From: Eledone cirrhosa
Lineage: Eukaryota
NCBI GenBank assembly: GCA_964016885.1
Contig: OZ024740.1
Coordinates: 282,596,001-282,660,000, forward strand
Direction of reading: 5' to 3'
DNA: 64,000 nucleotides
This document shows, in pieces, positions 26,081-39,571 of the stretch. The notes under the pieces are model-generated. The model searched no databases. It was not told where the DNA came from and saw nothing but the letters and a program-made list of their open reading frames with translations. A program made the translations under genes and the position numbers. The number at the start of each line of letters is the position of its first letter. The first letter of the stretch is position 1.

Positions 26081-29020
26081 GCATGGAACAGTGGCAGTCT
26101 TGCATGGAACAGTGGCAGTCTTGCATGGAACAGTGGCAGTCTTGCATGGAACAGTGGCAGTCTTGCATGGAACAGTGGCAGTCTTGAATGGAACAGTGGC
26201 AGTCTTGCATGGAACAGTGGCAGTCTTGCATGGAACAGTGGCAGTCTTGCATGGAACAGTGGCAGTCTTGAATGGAACAGTGGCAGTCTTGCATGGAACA
26301 GTGGCAGTCTTGCATGGAACAGTGGCAGTCTTGCATGGAACAGTGGCAGTCTTGCATGGAACAGTGGCAGTCTTGCATGGAACAGTGGCAGTCTTGAATG
26401 GAACAGTGGCAGTCTTGCATGGAACAGTGGCAGTCTTGCATGGAACAGTGGCAGTCTTGAATGGAACAGTGGCAGTCTTGCATGGAACAGTAGCAGTCTT
26501 GCATGGAACAGTGGCAGTCTTGAATGGAACAGTGGCAGTCTTGCATGGAACAGTGGCAGTCTTGCATGGAACAGTGGCAGTCTTGCATGGAACAGTGGCA
26601 GTCTTGCATGGAACAGTGGCAGTCTTGCATGGAACAGTGGCAATCTTGCATGGAACAGTGGCAGTCTTGCATGGAACAGTGGCAGTCTTGCATGGAACAG
26701 TGGCAGTCTTGCATGGAACAGTGGCAGTCTTGCATGGAACAGTGGCAGTCTTGCATGGAACAGTGGCAGCCTTGCATGGAACAGTGGCAGTCTTGCATGG
26801 AACAGTGGCAGTCTTGCATGGAACAGTGGCAGTCTTGCATGGAACAGTGGCAGTCTTGCATGGAACAGTGGCAATCTTGCATGGAACAGTGGCAATCTTG
26901 CATGGAACAGTGGCAGTCTTGCATGGAACAGTGGCAGTCTTGCATGGAACAGTGGCAGTCTTGCATGGAACAGTGGCAGTCTTGCATGGAACAGTGGCAG
27001 TCTTGCATGGAACAGTGGCAGTCTTGCATGGAACAGTGGCAGTCTTGCATGGAACAGTGGCAGTCTTGCATGGAACAGTGGCAGTCTTGCATGGAACAGT
27101 GGCAGTCTTGCATGGAACAGTGGCAGTCTTGCATGGAACAGTGGCAGTCTTGCATGGAACAGTGGCAGTCTTGCATGGAACAGTGGCAGTCTTGCATGGA
27201 ACAGTGGCAGTCTTGCATGGAACAGTGGCAGTCTTGCATGGAACAGTGGCAGTCTTGCATGGAACAGTGGCAGTCTTGCATGGAACAGTGGCAGTCTTGC
27301 ATGGAACAGTGGCAATCTTGCATGGAACAGTGGCAGTCTTGCATGGAACAGTGGCAGTCTTGCATGGAACAGTGGCAGTCTTGCATGGAACAGTGGCAAT
27401 CTTGCATGGAACAGTGGCAGTCTTGCATGGAACAGTGGCAGTCTTGCATGGAACAGTGGCAGTCTTGCATGGAACAGTGGCAGTCTTGCATGGAACAGTG
27501 GCAGTCTTGCATGGAACAGTGGCAATCTTGCATGGAACAGTGGCAATCTTGAATGGAACAGTGGCAGTCTTGCATGGAACAGTGGCAGTCTTGCATGGAA
27601 CAGTGGCAGTCTTGCATGGAACAGTGGCAGTCTTGCATGGAACAGTGGCAGTCTTGCATGGAACAGTGGCAATCTTGCATGGAACAGTGGCAATCTTGAA
27701 TGGAACAGTGGCAGTCTTGCATGGAACAGTGGCAGTCTTGCATGGAACAGTGGCAGTCTTGCATGGAACAGTGGCAGTCTTGCATGGAACAGTGGCAGTC
27801 TTGCATGGAACAGTGGCAGTCTTGCATGGAACAGTGGCAGTCTTGCATGGAACAGTGGCAGTCTTGCATGGAACAGTGGCAGTCTTGCATGGAACAGTGG
27901 CAGTCTTGCATGGAACAGTGGCAGTCTTGCATGGAACAGTGGCAGTCTTGCATGGAACAGTGGCAGTCTTGCATGGAACAGTGGCAGTTTTGCATGGAAC
28001 AGTGGCAGTCTTGAATGGAACAGTGGCAGTCTTGCATGGAACAGTGGCAGTCTTGAATGGAACAGTGGCAGTCTTGCATGGAACAGTGGCAGTCTTGCAT
28101 GGAACAGTGGCAGTCTTGCATGGAACAGTGGCAGTCTTACATGGAACAGTGGCAGTCTTACATGGAACAGTGGCAGTCTTGCATGGAACAGTGGCAGTCT
28201 TGCATGAAACAGTGGCAGTTTTGCATGGAACAGTGGCAGTCTTGCATGGAACAGTGGCAGTCTTGCATGGAACAGTGGCAGTCTTGCATGGAACAGTGGC
28301 AGTCTTGCATGGAACAGTGGCAGTCTTGCATGGAACAATGGCAGTCTTGCATGGAACAGTGGCAGTCTTGCATGGAACAGTGGCAGTCTTGCATGGAACA
28401 GTGGCAGTCTTGCATGGAACAGTGGCAGTCTTGCATGGAACAGTGGCAGTCTTGCATGGAACAGTGACAGTCTTGCATGGAACAGTGGCAGTCTTGCATG
28501 GAACAGTGGCAGTCTTGCATGGAACAGTGGCAGTCTTGCATGGAACAGTAACAGTCTTGCATGGAACAGTGGCAGTCTTGCATGGAACAGTGGCAGTCTT
28601 GCATGGAACAGTGACAGTCTTGCATGGAACAGTAACAGTCTTGCATGGAACAGTGGCAGTCTTGCATGGAACAGTAACAGTCTTGCATGGAACAGTGGCA
28701 GTCTTGCATGGAACAGTGGCAGTCTTGCATGGAACAGTAACAGTCTTGCATGGAACAGTGGCAGTCTTGCATGGAACAGTGGCAGTCTTGCATGGAACAG
28801 TGGCAGTCTTGCATGGAACAGTGGCAGTTTTGCATGGAACAGTGGCAGTCTTGCATGGAACAGTGGCAGTCTTGCATGGAACAGTGGCAGTTTTGCATGG
28901 AACAGTGGCAGTCTTGCATGGAACAGTGGCAGTCTTGCATGGAACAGTGGCAGTCTTGCATGGAACAGTGGCAGTCTTGCATGGAACAGTGGCAGTCTTG
29001 CATGGAACAGTGGCAGTCTT
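26081..29020. repeat. Minisatellite, 140 x 21 bp (GCATGGAACAGTGGCAGTCTT)
   Basis: 2940 bp with no indels; frames stay open across the array; only sparse substitutions. Confidence 0.97.
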
Positions 29021-29628
29021 ATCACAGAGACAGAAAAAAAGATACGAATCTTTGAGACCGCTAAGGAGTTAGTATCTAAACCTAGCCCCCACCTATTGTG
29101 ACCAGCAAATGTAAGGATCACCAATGTGGTTTCCGAAATAACTAATAGTGGCTGTTCTTGCTGACTTAAAAAAGGGCAGAACAATCTTCAATGTTTAGCA
29201 GATGAGGTGGAAAGTTGAGTTGGGATGGGGTGGAAACTGTCATCCTTGACATAATAGACCTTCCAGGTGAAATCAGAGGGTGGGAAATCACAATGTGACT
29301 TGGTTGCCGAGTCCGTTGAAAGTCCTTCTCCGCACAGCAAACAATCACAAATGCAGCAGCAGCCACAGAGACTGCAATGACAACAACAGCAACGATAAGA
29401 ACATCAGCTCGGGAAACATCAACAAAATCAAGACTACTAGCTGAAGCATTAACGTCAACAGCAGGATGAACATCAATAGTAGCATTAACTCCTACAACAG
29501 CAAAACAACAGATTCATAACACAAAACTCCAGGACCCAATTTGGAATTCATGGACATGCTGTGTCACAAACCACCTACCTGTCGAACTGTCGTATAATAG
29601 ACAAGCATGTATGGCAAAATGTACATAT

Positions 29629-29670
<42 letters not shown>

Positions 29671-29930
29671 AGAGAGAGAAAAGACAAAGGAAAAATGGAA
29701 CAAACCTTGCATATACAGGAAGTGGGCAGGAGGAAAATAAAAATCGCTCGGCCAGCACCCGCACCCACAAGCCCCCCACTACGACAAATACCATAGACAC
29801 CACCAACACTAAACACACCAAAACAAATGAAATTACAACCTAATTCGCATCAACATCAAGAAAAAAAAAATCAGCGCCCGCAAGACACACCAAAGAAAAG
29901 TATCATCAACTACAGGGTCATAGATGTAAG

Positions 29931-29969
<39 letters not shown>

Positions 29970-30235
29970 GTCCCTCGACTTCTGTAGTCGTCGGGGGGGG
30001 GGGTCCTACTGCAGAAGTAGCACACATTCAAAATAGTCCATCAACGGCGGCCGTCAACAAATCTGGTGTCGTCATTTGCATCCATTCTTTGACACTGTCA
30101 AACCAGCTTTTGCGTTGGCGTCCTCTCCTGCATCCACCTTCAGCAGTGCCTTGCATGATGGTCTTACACAGTCTGTTATGTCGTGTGTAGTGGCCAAACC
30201 ACGCCAGTTTCCTCCTCTTGACAGATATAAGTAAC
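29931..30235 (-). mobile_element. RTE-clade LINE 3' end with (TGA)n tail
   Basis: VKRRKLAWFGHYTR...IMQGTAEGGCRRGRQRKSW, then a short UTR and GGGAC(TGA)n. Confidence 0.85.
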
Positions 30236-31264
30236 AACGAATTAATGCGCTACAAACATCAACTTAAAGACATAACTCATAATGACTACATTACACATAC
30301 ATTTAGCTTACCAACACACATAGATACCAGAAAAGGACACAAAACACATATTTCGAACATTATCGTGTTTGTCTGATTAAAAGATAATTAATCGGACTGC
30401 AATAATTAACTGAATTATATCTGATGAAACGACCCATATAAATTTAGATTGATATTTTCGAAACCTTATGATCTGCATAAAAACAATCTTTCAGAAAGCC
30501 ATTATTTATATTCTGTATCTATATTTAATAATTTATTTTCATTTCATCTTAATATATAAAGATCGAAAGATTGATATATTCAAATTACAATATATACTAC
30601 GATCTTATTGCAGAATATTCACGGAAATAGCCTTCATTGTTTCATTCCCGATATCGCAATAACTAGAATTAGTGTATTAAATTTTCATTCAAATTTTTCT
30701 ACTTCTAAGATATATTGTCTCCTTGTCTTTAAAATGGGTGATTTTGTTGAAAGACAGATTTTGATAATAATCGAAGAGGGAGATGTAATATTTTTTAGAC
30801 AACGAATAACATTGGTAAAAATAATTAATTTGAGCTTTAGATAGATAGAGCAAACAAAGATAGTAGGCCATACAAATGAGAGTTTTCGAGATTCAGAAAC
30901 ATGAACTAAAATATTACAATTTTAAAATGTATCTGCCAAGGTTTGACTGTATATTTGCGAGTTAGCCTTTTAATTTGAATGTCCTTCATATATGAAAAAT
31001 TGTAAATTAGTTTAACATTAGCAATCCTTATTGAAAAGATGAGAATATTGAGTAATTAATGAAAATGCATAACATCAAAAAATTGTCAGGATTAGTACGA
31101 CACAACCTTTCCTTGATGGGTAAATGGATATAGATTATCCTGCATAAATGTCAATTGTTAAAACGGGAAACAATTGCATGATGCATGTTCTAAATGATAG
31201 GCTTCAAGACGAAACTATTAAACTTTATCTTTAGTCTTCACCATTATCTTAAATTGTTCATGTC

Positions 31265-31295
<31 letters not shown>

Positions 31296-31436
31296 ATATT
31301 AGGCTGTATGATTACAATGAAAATATCATTACAAAACATATGGGAGAAATATTGGAAACGGAAAACGTGGAAGAGACATGTACATGAAAAATACCTGCTC
31401 ATCGGCTGTCTTTCAGGGGATCGTTATTGTTTCGGA

Positions 31437-31595
31437 TGTGAGTGGATTGGCAGTATCGGTAGGGGGTCGGACGCCATGATTTGACGCATAGTTATGGCCC
31501 TTGCCATTCTGAGTTCAAATCCCGTCGAGGTTAGCTTTGCCTTTCATCCTTACGGTGGTAATTGCTGGCCTTGTGCCAAAAGTAGAAACAATTAT
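31437..31595 (+). mobile_element. Nin/Deu-like SINE copy (internally deleted)
   Basis: TGGCAGTATCGG A box, GAGTTCAAATCCC B box, GCCTTTCATCC. Confidence 0.7.
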
Positions 31596-31619
31596 TGTTT
31601 CGGATGTTTTATGTAAATA

Positions 31620-31682
<63 letters not shown>

Positions 31683-31684
<2 letters not shown>

Positions 31685-34600
31685 ACGCGTTCGTCGATGC
31701 CAGCCGTAGCACCGTAAATCGTTTCGACTTCCGCCACCGTTCCAAAGGGAATAACATCACACGGGGCGAAATCCTCGCTCTCCGCTCCCTCTGTAGCCGA
31801 GATGACATCGTCATCAAACCGGCGGAAAAGGGAGGCGCCGTGGTGGTGTGGCGCGCGGACCTCTACACGGCCGAAGGCCTCAGGCAGCTCCGTAACCCTC
31901 TCTTCTACCGCCCTCTACCCTCCGTTCCCACACCCCTCTACCAACAACAAGTTTCCTCCACCATCCAACACCTTGTCTCCTCCCCCCCCCCACCGCTTCC
32001 CACCTCATCGTCCGCACCCTCCGCACCCCCACCATCTACTTCCTCCCCAAAATCCACAAACCCGACAACCCCGGCCGCCCCATCGTCTCCGCTTGCAACT
32101 GCCCCACCGAACTCATCTCCGCCTTTCTTGACTCCATCCTCGCCCCCCTTGTCACCACCCTCCTCTCCCACATCTCCGACACCAACCACGCCCTGCGCCT
32201 TTTCGACTCCTTCACCTACCCACCCGGCCCACAGCCCTTCCTCTTCACCCTAGACATCAAGTCCCTCTATACCGTCATCCCCCACGCCGACGGCCTACGT
32301 GCCCTCAAGCACAACCTCGACCTTCGCCCCTCCTACATCCCCTCCACCCCACCCTCCTTCGCCTCGCCGAGCTGGTCCTCACCCTTAACTGTTTCTCCTT
32401 CTCGGGTGAGTTTTACCAACAGGTCACGGGGGTAGCCATGGGTACAAGAATGGGCCCAAACTATGCCAACCTTTTTGTTAGCCATGTTGAGGCCCAAATC
32501 TTTGCCCAGTACACCGGCCCCACGCCCGAACTGTACGGTCGTTACATCAACGACTGTATCGGAGCCACGACCCTCACCCGAGAACAGCTCGACTCCTTTC
32601 TCTCCTTCTTCTGCTCCTTCCACCCCTCCCTCCACTCCACCACCTCTATCTCCACCACCCATGTCCACTTCTTAGACATCTCCGTCGCCTTCGACCCCGC
32701 CCACCACTCCCTCGTCACCTCCGCCTTCTTCAAACCCACCGACTCCCACTCCTACCTCGACTTCACCTCTTCCCACCCCACACACATTAAACACTCTATT
32801 CCCTACTCCGAACTCCTCAGGATCCGCCGCCTCTGTAGCCGAGATGCTGACTTTGAGTCCCAGGCCCTTTCCCTAGTCAGCCATTCCATCCGCAGAGGTT
32901 ACCCCCCCCCTCTTTCGTCCACACCGCTCTCACCCGCGCCCGTGCTGTCCATCTCTCCACCACCCTCAGCCCCCGCCACCGCACACCTACCCACCGTCTC
33001 CCCTTCCCCATCACCTACCACCCCTCCATCATACCCCTCCACCGCACCATCCTCCGCCTCTTCCGACGCCTCCAGTCCGACCCCTCCATCTCCCACATCT
33101 TCCCAGCCCCACCACTCCCCTCCTTCAAACGCGCACGCAATCTCCGCACCCTCGTCGTCCACAGCTCCCTATCCCCCAACCCACGCTCCCCCCGGTTCCT
33201 TTCCCTGTCCCAGGCCCCGCTGCAACACCTGTCCCGACATCACCAACACCACCACCTTCCAGGGTCCCAACAGCCACTCTCTCTCTGTCCGGCATGTCTT
33301 CCGCTGCACCTCCTCCAATTTAGTCTACGTACTTCGCTGCACGGAGTGTAGCGCGACTTACGTCGGACAGACTGGACGTCGCCTGGCGGACAGATTTACT
33401 GAACACCTCCGGGATATTCGTCTCGGTGGTAGTTCCCCCATCGCCCGCCACTTTGGTGCCCCTGGACATTCGGCACACCACCTCACAGTCTGTGGCATAC
33501 TCCAATGCCACGGAACAGCCGCCACTCTCCTCAGGGTCGAACAACGAACCATCTTCACCCTACACACCCACACTCCCCCGGCCTGAACTCCCCACCCTTA
33601 TTCCTTTAGCCTTCGACCGCCCCTTCCCCCACACATATCCCCCATTAACACCACTAACACACCCCTCCTTTTCACCGCCCACCCCACAACTAACAATACT
33701 TACACCTCCACATCACACCCGACCACCCTTCCCCAACTAACATAGTAACATCCCTCCCTTCTTCTCCCCCCTTCCTTATCACACGCACACACCCACCGGT
33801 ACATATAAACACGCGCTCACACTAAACACACACCCTAATACCACCACTAACCCTCACCCCCACACGTCCACCCCACCACCCCGCAACTAACATCACTAAC
33901 ACCCCCCGACCCCAAGCACACGAACACACACACCCAGTTACACCACCCACTTTACACGCAATTAACATCACTAACACCTCCCAACCCTACGCACACGAAC
34001 ACACACACTCCCTTACACCACCCACTCTACACACCTTACCACCACTGACCCCCACTCACACCCGCATTCAACCCTTTCTCCACCTCCAGTATACTAACAC
34101 CCACTAACACCCCCTTCACCACACACACACTCATCCAAACACGCACGCACACACCAGTACACTACACTCCCTCCATCGGCCCCCACACCCTTCTCTCCCC
34201 GCTCCACCCACACCCTTTCTCAAACACACACACATCCCACTAACACCTCTACTAATACACACACACCCCTCATCACTCCAACGTTCACACCTAGCCATCC
34301 TCTCCCCTGTCCACCGCACCTCCGCACACACTGACACACCGACTTTCTTCACTTACCATTCTACCCTACTGCTGCTATGCCTCTCTGACCACCTCCCCGC
34401 ACACACAGACACACAACCTTCCTCCTGCCTTGACCCTCTGACCACTTCCTGTTGCGCGGGCACCCCACATCTCCCCTCTTCCGACCAATCTCTTCACGGA
34501 TTACACATATGTGAACCTTGATCCCGAGAATCCACCACATCCCAAGGATATTACTCAGCATTTCACCACACCGTCTACGGAATTACCTTAACGTCTCACC

Positions 34601-34826
34601 CTCGGACATACACCCCCAACATTTTTTTTTCCCACACGCCACCTACATCCACAACACGCATAAACACCACACACACACGTGCGTACCACCACATATTTAC
34701 ACATTCAGCCTCCAGAATCCTCTCACCCCACCCATCTATCCACACACGCACACACACTCCGACCTACACCCCACCCCACACACATCTGTTCCTGAACATG
34801 CAGCCCCGTTCTTCCCCCAACTCTTA

Positions 34827-34897
<71 letters not shown>

Positions 34898-35287
34898 ACA
34901 GACACACACGTACACCTACACATACACACCACCGTCAACCTTCCCCGCTTGGACACCCCGTCTCCCTCTCCCCACTCCACCCGCCACCACCCCTACACGC
35001 CCCACACCCTTCCAACCTGTTTTACTCCATGTGTATTTTTAATTTTATTTTGATCATGCCTTTATATTTAATTTCATTTGTACCGTTTCCTCTCACGCCC
35101 TTTTTTCTATATGTCTCTCGACCACTCCCCTACACACCCTTGGAACTCTCTTCCCACACACTTTTCACCTGAAGAAGGGCTTATGCCCGAAACGTCGTTC
35201 CCCACCACCACCCCACTCTCAAGAGCGTGAAACTAATAAACCTTTGTTCGTACTGCCTCTCTGTTTTGTTCCCGCTCAATTTTTGAC

Positions 35288-35290
<3 letters not shown>
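31683..35290 (+). mobile_element. PLE family 2 (Neptune-like), 5'-truncated and frameshifted
   Basis: [46 protein letters not shown] (D to N), HFLD, CPRPRCNTC linker, LVY...YVGQTGRRLADRFTEH; long C-rich 3'UTR; (TA)n on both sides. Confidence 0.92.
35166..35200 (+). ncRNA. PLE family 2 minimal HHR
   Basis: CTGAAGA-A-GGGC TTAT GCCC-GAAACGTC^GT; loopless ACGT stem III (dimer type); stem I only about 2 bp. Confidence 0.65.
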
Positions 35291-35352
<62 letters not shown>

Positions 35353-35467
35353 ATGTGTGTGTATGCGTTTGTTTTGAAGGCAGTGACATTAAGTTTGAAA
35401 TTAAGTAGAAATATAAGCTCTCGCCGTATTTTGACTAAAAAGATGAGTATTGACGTACATGTACTTT

Positions 35468-35553
<86 letters not shown>

Positions 35554-35711
35554 ATACTTTGGGAGGGTCATGTTGCCAATAAGAAACACACGCACCAGTT
35601 GCTTTCACTTCAATTTATTATATATTTATAAATTTATAAATTTACAAATCTACAAATTTATAAATTTCTGGTTGGTTGGTTGGTTCCACAACCAGATAGT
35701 TGTTTATATAT

Positions 35712-35756
35712 AGTCATAGTCCTTTCGTCACACACTCTGTGACCTCTTCAGTGACT
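35712..35756 (-). ncRNA. PLE family 3 HHR copy (inverted arm)
   Basis: Reverse complement of 38713-38757. Confidence 0.8.
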
Positions 35757-38712
35757 GGGGATTCCTTTCTTTGTTTCTGTGCCTTTCCTTTCTTCTGTCC
35801 TACGCCATTTTGTTTCTGTGTGTGTGTGTTGTGTGCTCAGTTTGCGCATGCGCCACATCCGGGTGTCTGTGTGTGTTTGTGTTCATTTATCTATTTGTTT
35901 ATTTATTTACATGTTGTTGGTTGGTTGTTTGTTCTATGTGTGTGTGTGTTTTCATTTTGTCCTTAATTGTAAGTTGTGATGTTGCTGTTCCACTCATATT
36001 TTCTATTTAATTTTGGTTGTAATTCTTTTATGTTTATTGCCTCTGTAATTTGTCTAAACATTGCATCTTTTCTGTGTGTAGATTCTATTTTTATTTCTAT
36101 GTTCTCTAATTTACCCTTGTGTTCTATCTTAGCATGTTGGTAGAGTACAGATGATTCTTTATTATCTTGAAGGTCTCGCCAGTGTTCATTTATCCGTTCC
36201 CCTATACTACGAGCTGTCTTACCTATGTACACTATATTTTTGTTTCTACATTGTTCTTCAGTACATCTTATGCTATACACTACATTTCTAGTTTTACAGT
36301 TAATATGGGGGCTTATTTTACAGGTTATACATTTCTTATCTATACATGAGGGTCTTTGGAACGGGTATGTCTTGCTAATAAGTGTTTTTACGGAGGTACC
36401 TGGTCTTTCTACTATCTTAATATTGAGTTTATGTTTATTTAGGGCCCTTCTAAATTTGTAGGCTAGTTCGCCTCTAGGGGTTGTATAGAAATAGAAACAA
36501 CACAACTAACAATAACAATAGCACTAGTACACATAAAGCAGCAGCCTGGAACTCTCCGTTTTATAATCCCTCCGATAAATCATTCGACCTGCGACGAGTC
36601 CACGCCACGACTTTACCATTTAACAAACGCACGCAGTTGCCGTCGCAGGTCGATGAACAAACAGAAGCACAATTTAGTATAGCTAGATCCGAACTAGATT
36701 AGAAATATTATAGAACAGTATAGCAAGAAGCATAATAGAATAGAGGCCCAGCAACTGGGAGAAGAATCTGCAAATGGCTTGCGTAAGCTCATGCAGCGCT
36801 CACGTAATGGAGAGATAGCATGCTTTCCAACAGACAAGTCTGGTAGAATGTCGGTTGACAGCCTGCCAAACTACATCCAGGCAATGCAACCCCACATCAC
36901 TAACACAAGAGAGGTAACACCACAGGAGCATGAGGATATAGAAAAAGCCCTCAATGCCCATATGGTGATGTGGACGAATATAATGCAGCCCAACAAAAGG
37001 ACTGCCAACAACTTCCAGGCCTGGAACAATGACGTGTCGGCGTTGTATGGGCTTCGAAAAGACCATAAAACGGGCTGTGACCCTGTCGCGGGACCACCAA
37101 CACGGCCAGTCTGTGGAGCTAACATTGCTAGTAACTACAGACTGTCCTACTTCCTCTCCCTGATCATACGCCCCATCATTGAGATGTCCCCAGATGTATG
37201 TGACAGCACGGAGGACCTCCTCAGCAGAATCGGCGTGAGTAACCGATCTGGGGACCTAACAAACTGCATAATAGGCAGTATGGATGTTGTGTCCCTGTAT
37301 CCATCTTTTGACGTGGATTTTGCTGTGGAGAAATGCGTAGAAATGATCAGCGAGAGCAAGGTTGAGTTCCGTGGGATTGATACCAGTGAGCTGGGACTTC
37401 TACTTAAGCTTACCCATAGTAATAGTTACCTAGACACATATGACCTTAGCAACATGTGCCCTACAAGACCAGCAAGAGGCAGACCACCTACCATTACCTC
37501 AATGGACAAGAAAACCCACACAGATAGATGGAACGGGTGGACCAGAGCTATACGGACACCCGAAAACCACGATGAACTGAAGAAAATGATTGCACATGCG
37601 GTAGGGGCCAGCATAAAATTAACCCTTAAGGAACATATGTTCAAATTTAATGGAAAAACATATGCCCAAGAAGAAGGAGCAGCCATTGGTGTTAGCATTG
37701 CAGGCGACATAGCTAACTTATTCATAGTATGGTGGGACAGTAGACTTAAACTTAAACATAAAGAACAATTAGAAGACAGCTTAACCCTGATAATGTACTC
37801 CCGCTACGTAGATGATATAAACATCGTAGTTAAGACACCCCCCACTAGAGAACAGTCAGGAACTAGAGAAAAACACAATGGAAAGCATCCAGCAAATAGC
37901 AAACTCCATCCACCAGAGCATTAGAGTTACTATAGACTACCCAAGTAGACACCCCAACCATCGATTACCTGTACTAGACACAGAGCTCTGTACTAGAGGC
38001 GAACTAGCCTACAAATTTAGAAGGGCCCTAAATAAACATAAACTCAATATTAAGATAGTAGAAAGACCAGGTACCTCCGTAAAAACACTTATTAGCAAGA
38101 CATACCCGTTCCAAAGACCCTCATGTATAGATAAGAAATGTATAACCTGTAAAATAAGCCCCCATATTAACTGTAAAACTAGAAATGTAGTGTATAGCAT
38201 AAGATGTACTGAAGAACAATGTAGAAACAAAAATATAGTGTACATAGGTGAGACAGCTCGTAGTATAGGGGAACGAATAAATGAACATTGGCGAGACCTT
38301 CAAGATAATAAAGAATCATCTGTACTCTACCAACATGCTAAGATAGAACACAAGGGTAAATTAGAGAACATAGAAATAAAAATAGAATCTACACACAGAA
38401 AAGATGCAATGTTTAGACAAAATTACAGAGGCAATAAACATAAAAGAATTACAACCAAAATTAAATAGAAAATATGAGTGGAACAGCAACATCACAACTT
38501 ACAATTAAGGACAAAATGAAAACACACACACACATAGAACAAACAACCAACCAACAACATGTAAATAAATAAACAAATAGATAAATGAACACAAAAACAC
38601 ACAGACACCCGGATGTGGCGCATGCGCAAACTGAGCACACAACACACACACAGAAACAAAATGGCGTAGGACAGAAGAAAGGAAAGGCACAGAAACAAAG
38701 AAAGGAATCCCC

Positions 38713-38757
38713 AGTCACTGAAGAGGTCACAGAGTGTGTGACGAAAGGACTATGACT
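38713..38757 (+). ncRNA. PLE family 3 HHR
   Basis: AGTCA-CTGAAGA-G-GTCACA/TGTGAC-GAAAGGACTA^TGACT; 5-bp stem I, 6-bp stem II. Confidence 0.82.
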
Positions 38758-39069
38758 ATATATAAACAACTATCTGGTTGTGGAACCAACCAACCAACCA
38801 GAAATTTATAAATTTGTAGATTTGTAAATTTATAAATTTATAAATATATAATAAATTGAAGTGAAAGCAACTGGTGCGTGTGTTTCTTATTGGCAACATG
38901 ACCCTCCCAAAGTATAACAATATCGGTTTCAACACACGATTTCAGATAAAGAATCTTGCTAAACAAATTCAGAAACGAAATATATATATATATATATATA
39001 TAAAATTTCAGGTTATCAATAATGTAGTGATAATATATCGTTACGTTAGAGATGAACATATATATATAT

Positions 39070-39360
39070 ATGAATAAAGTTAGTCCTTCATCAGTGTTCT
39101 TCCAACCATCATTGGTATTTCATCGCTTTAATACCATATACCTCCGGTTGGTTTGAGCAACGGCTAAAAAAAGTCGTTGGGACACGTAATTAAAGGGGAC
39201 ACGAGTGTAAACAAACAAAATGGTGAAGCAACGGAAAGTGTGGAAGAAGGAGTCAAGTCCCAAATTTCTATGAATTTAAATTCGGTGAAATCGTGAACGA
39301 GAGAGAATAAAGACCATCAAACTTGGTTGGAATGTAAGCAAGGAAGGAATTCCGTGCAGT
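39070..39360 (-). repeat. Copy of the 830-1808 element
   Basis: Reverse complement of about 831-1120. Confidence 0.8.
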
Positions 39361-39385
39361 TGTATGGTTGCATGAATCCTTATAG

Positions 39386-39452
<67 letters not shown>

Positions 39453-39543
39453 ACAGTATATAGTGAAAAATACACAAAGAGGTATGTGTTCAATTATAGG
39501 GGATAGAATTAGATAGATAGATAGATATAGGAAATAAACTTAC

Positions 39544-39571
39544 TTGAAAATCCACTTGTTCTCTGTAAAAC
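39544..39571 (-). CDS. VWA gene A, 28-nt microexon 2 (VLQRTSGFS)
   Basis: TTTCAG acceptor and GTAAGT donor; phase 0 in, phase 1 out, matching exon 3; completes a plausible signal peptide cleavage region. Confidence 0.62.

Larger units (their letters stand above)
35546..38923 (+). mobile_element. PLE family 3 (clade uncertain, possibly Nematis-like) with a 0.93-kb inverted 3' arm and an internal deletion
   Basis: TDKSGR, LYGLRKDHK, TRPVC, SMDVVSLYPS, QEEGAAIG, RYVDD, LPVLD; CIDKKCITC linker; VVY...YIGETAR; 35546-36477 mirrors about 37993-38923. Confidence 0.9.

Noticed and set aside
26030-29184. 700-1000 aa ORFs as genes, or the array as a CRISPR locus
   Set aside because: Pure 21-bp tandem repeat with no spacers and no cas genes; ORF openness follows from a stop-free unit.
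30421-30475. CTGATGA...GAAAC as an HHR
   Set aside because: No convincing stem II, stem III or NUH site.
36680-38510. Selenoprotein-type (in-frame TGA) PLE
   Set aside because: Interruptions seen are frameshifts or TAG, and the endonuclease is C-terminal, unlike Naiads.
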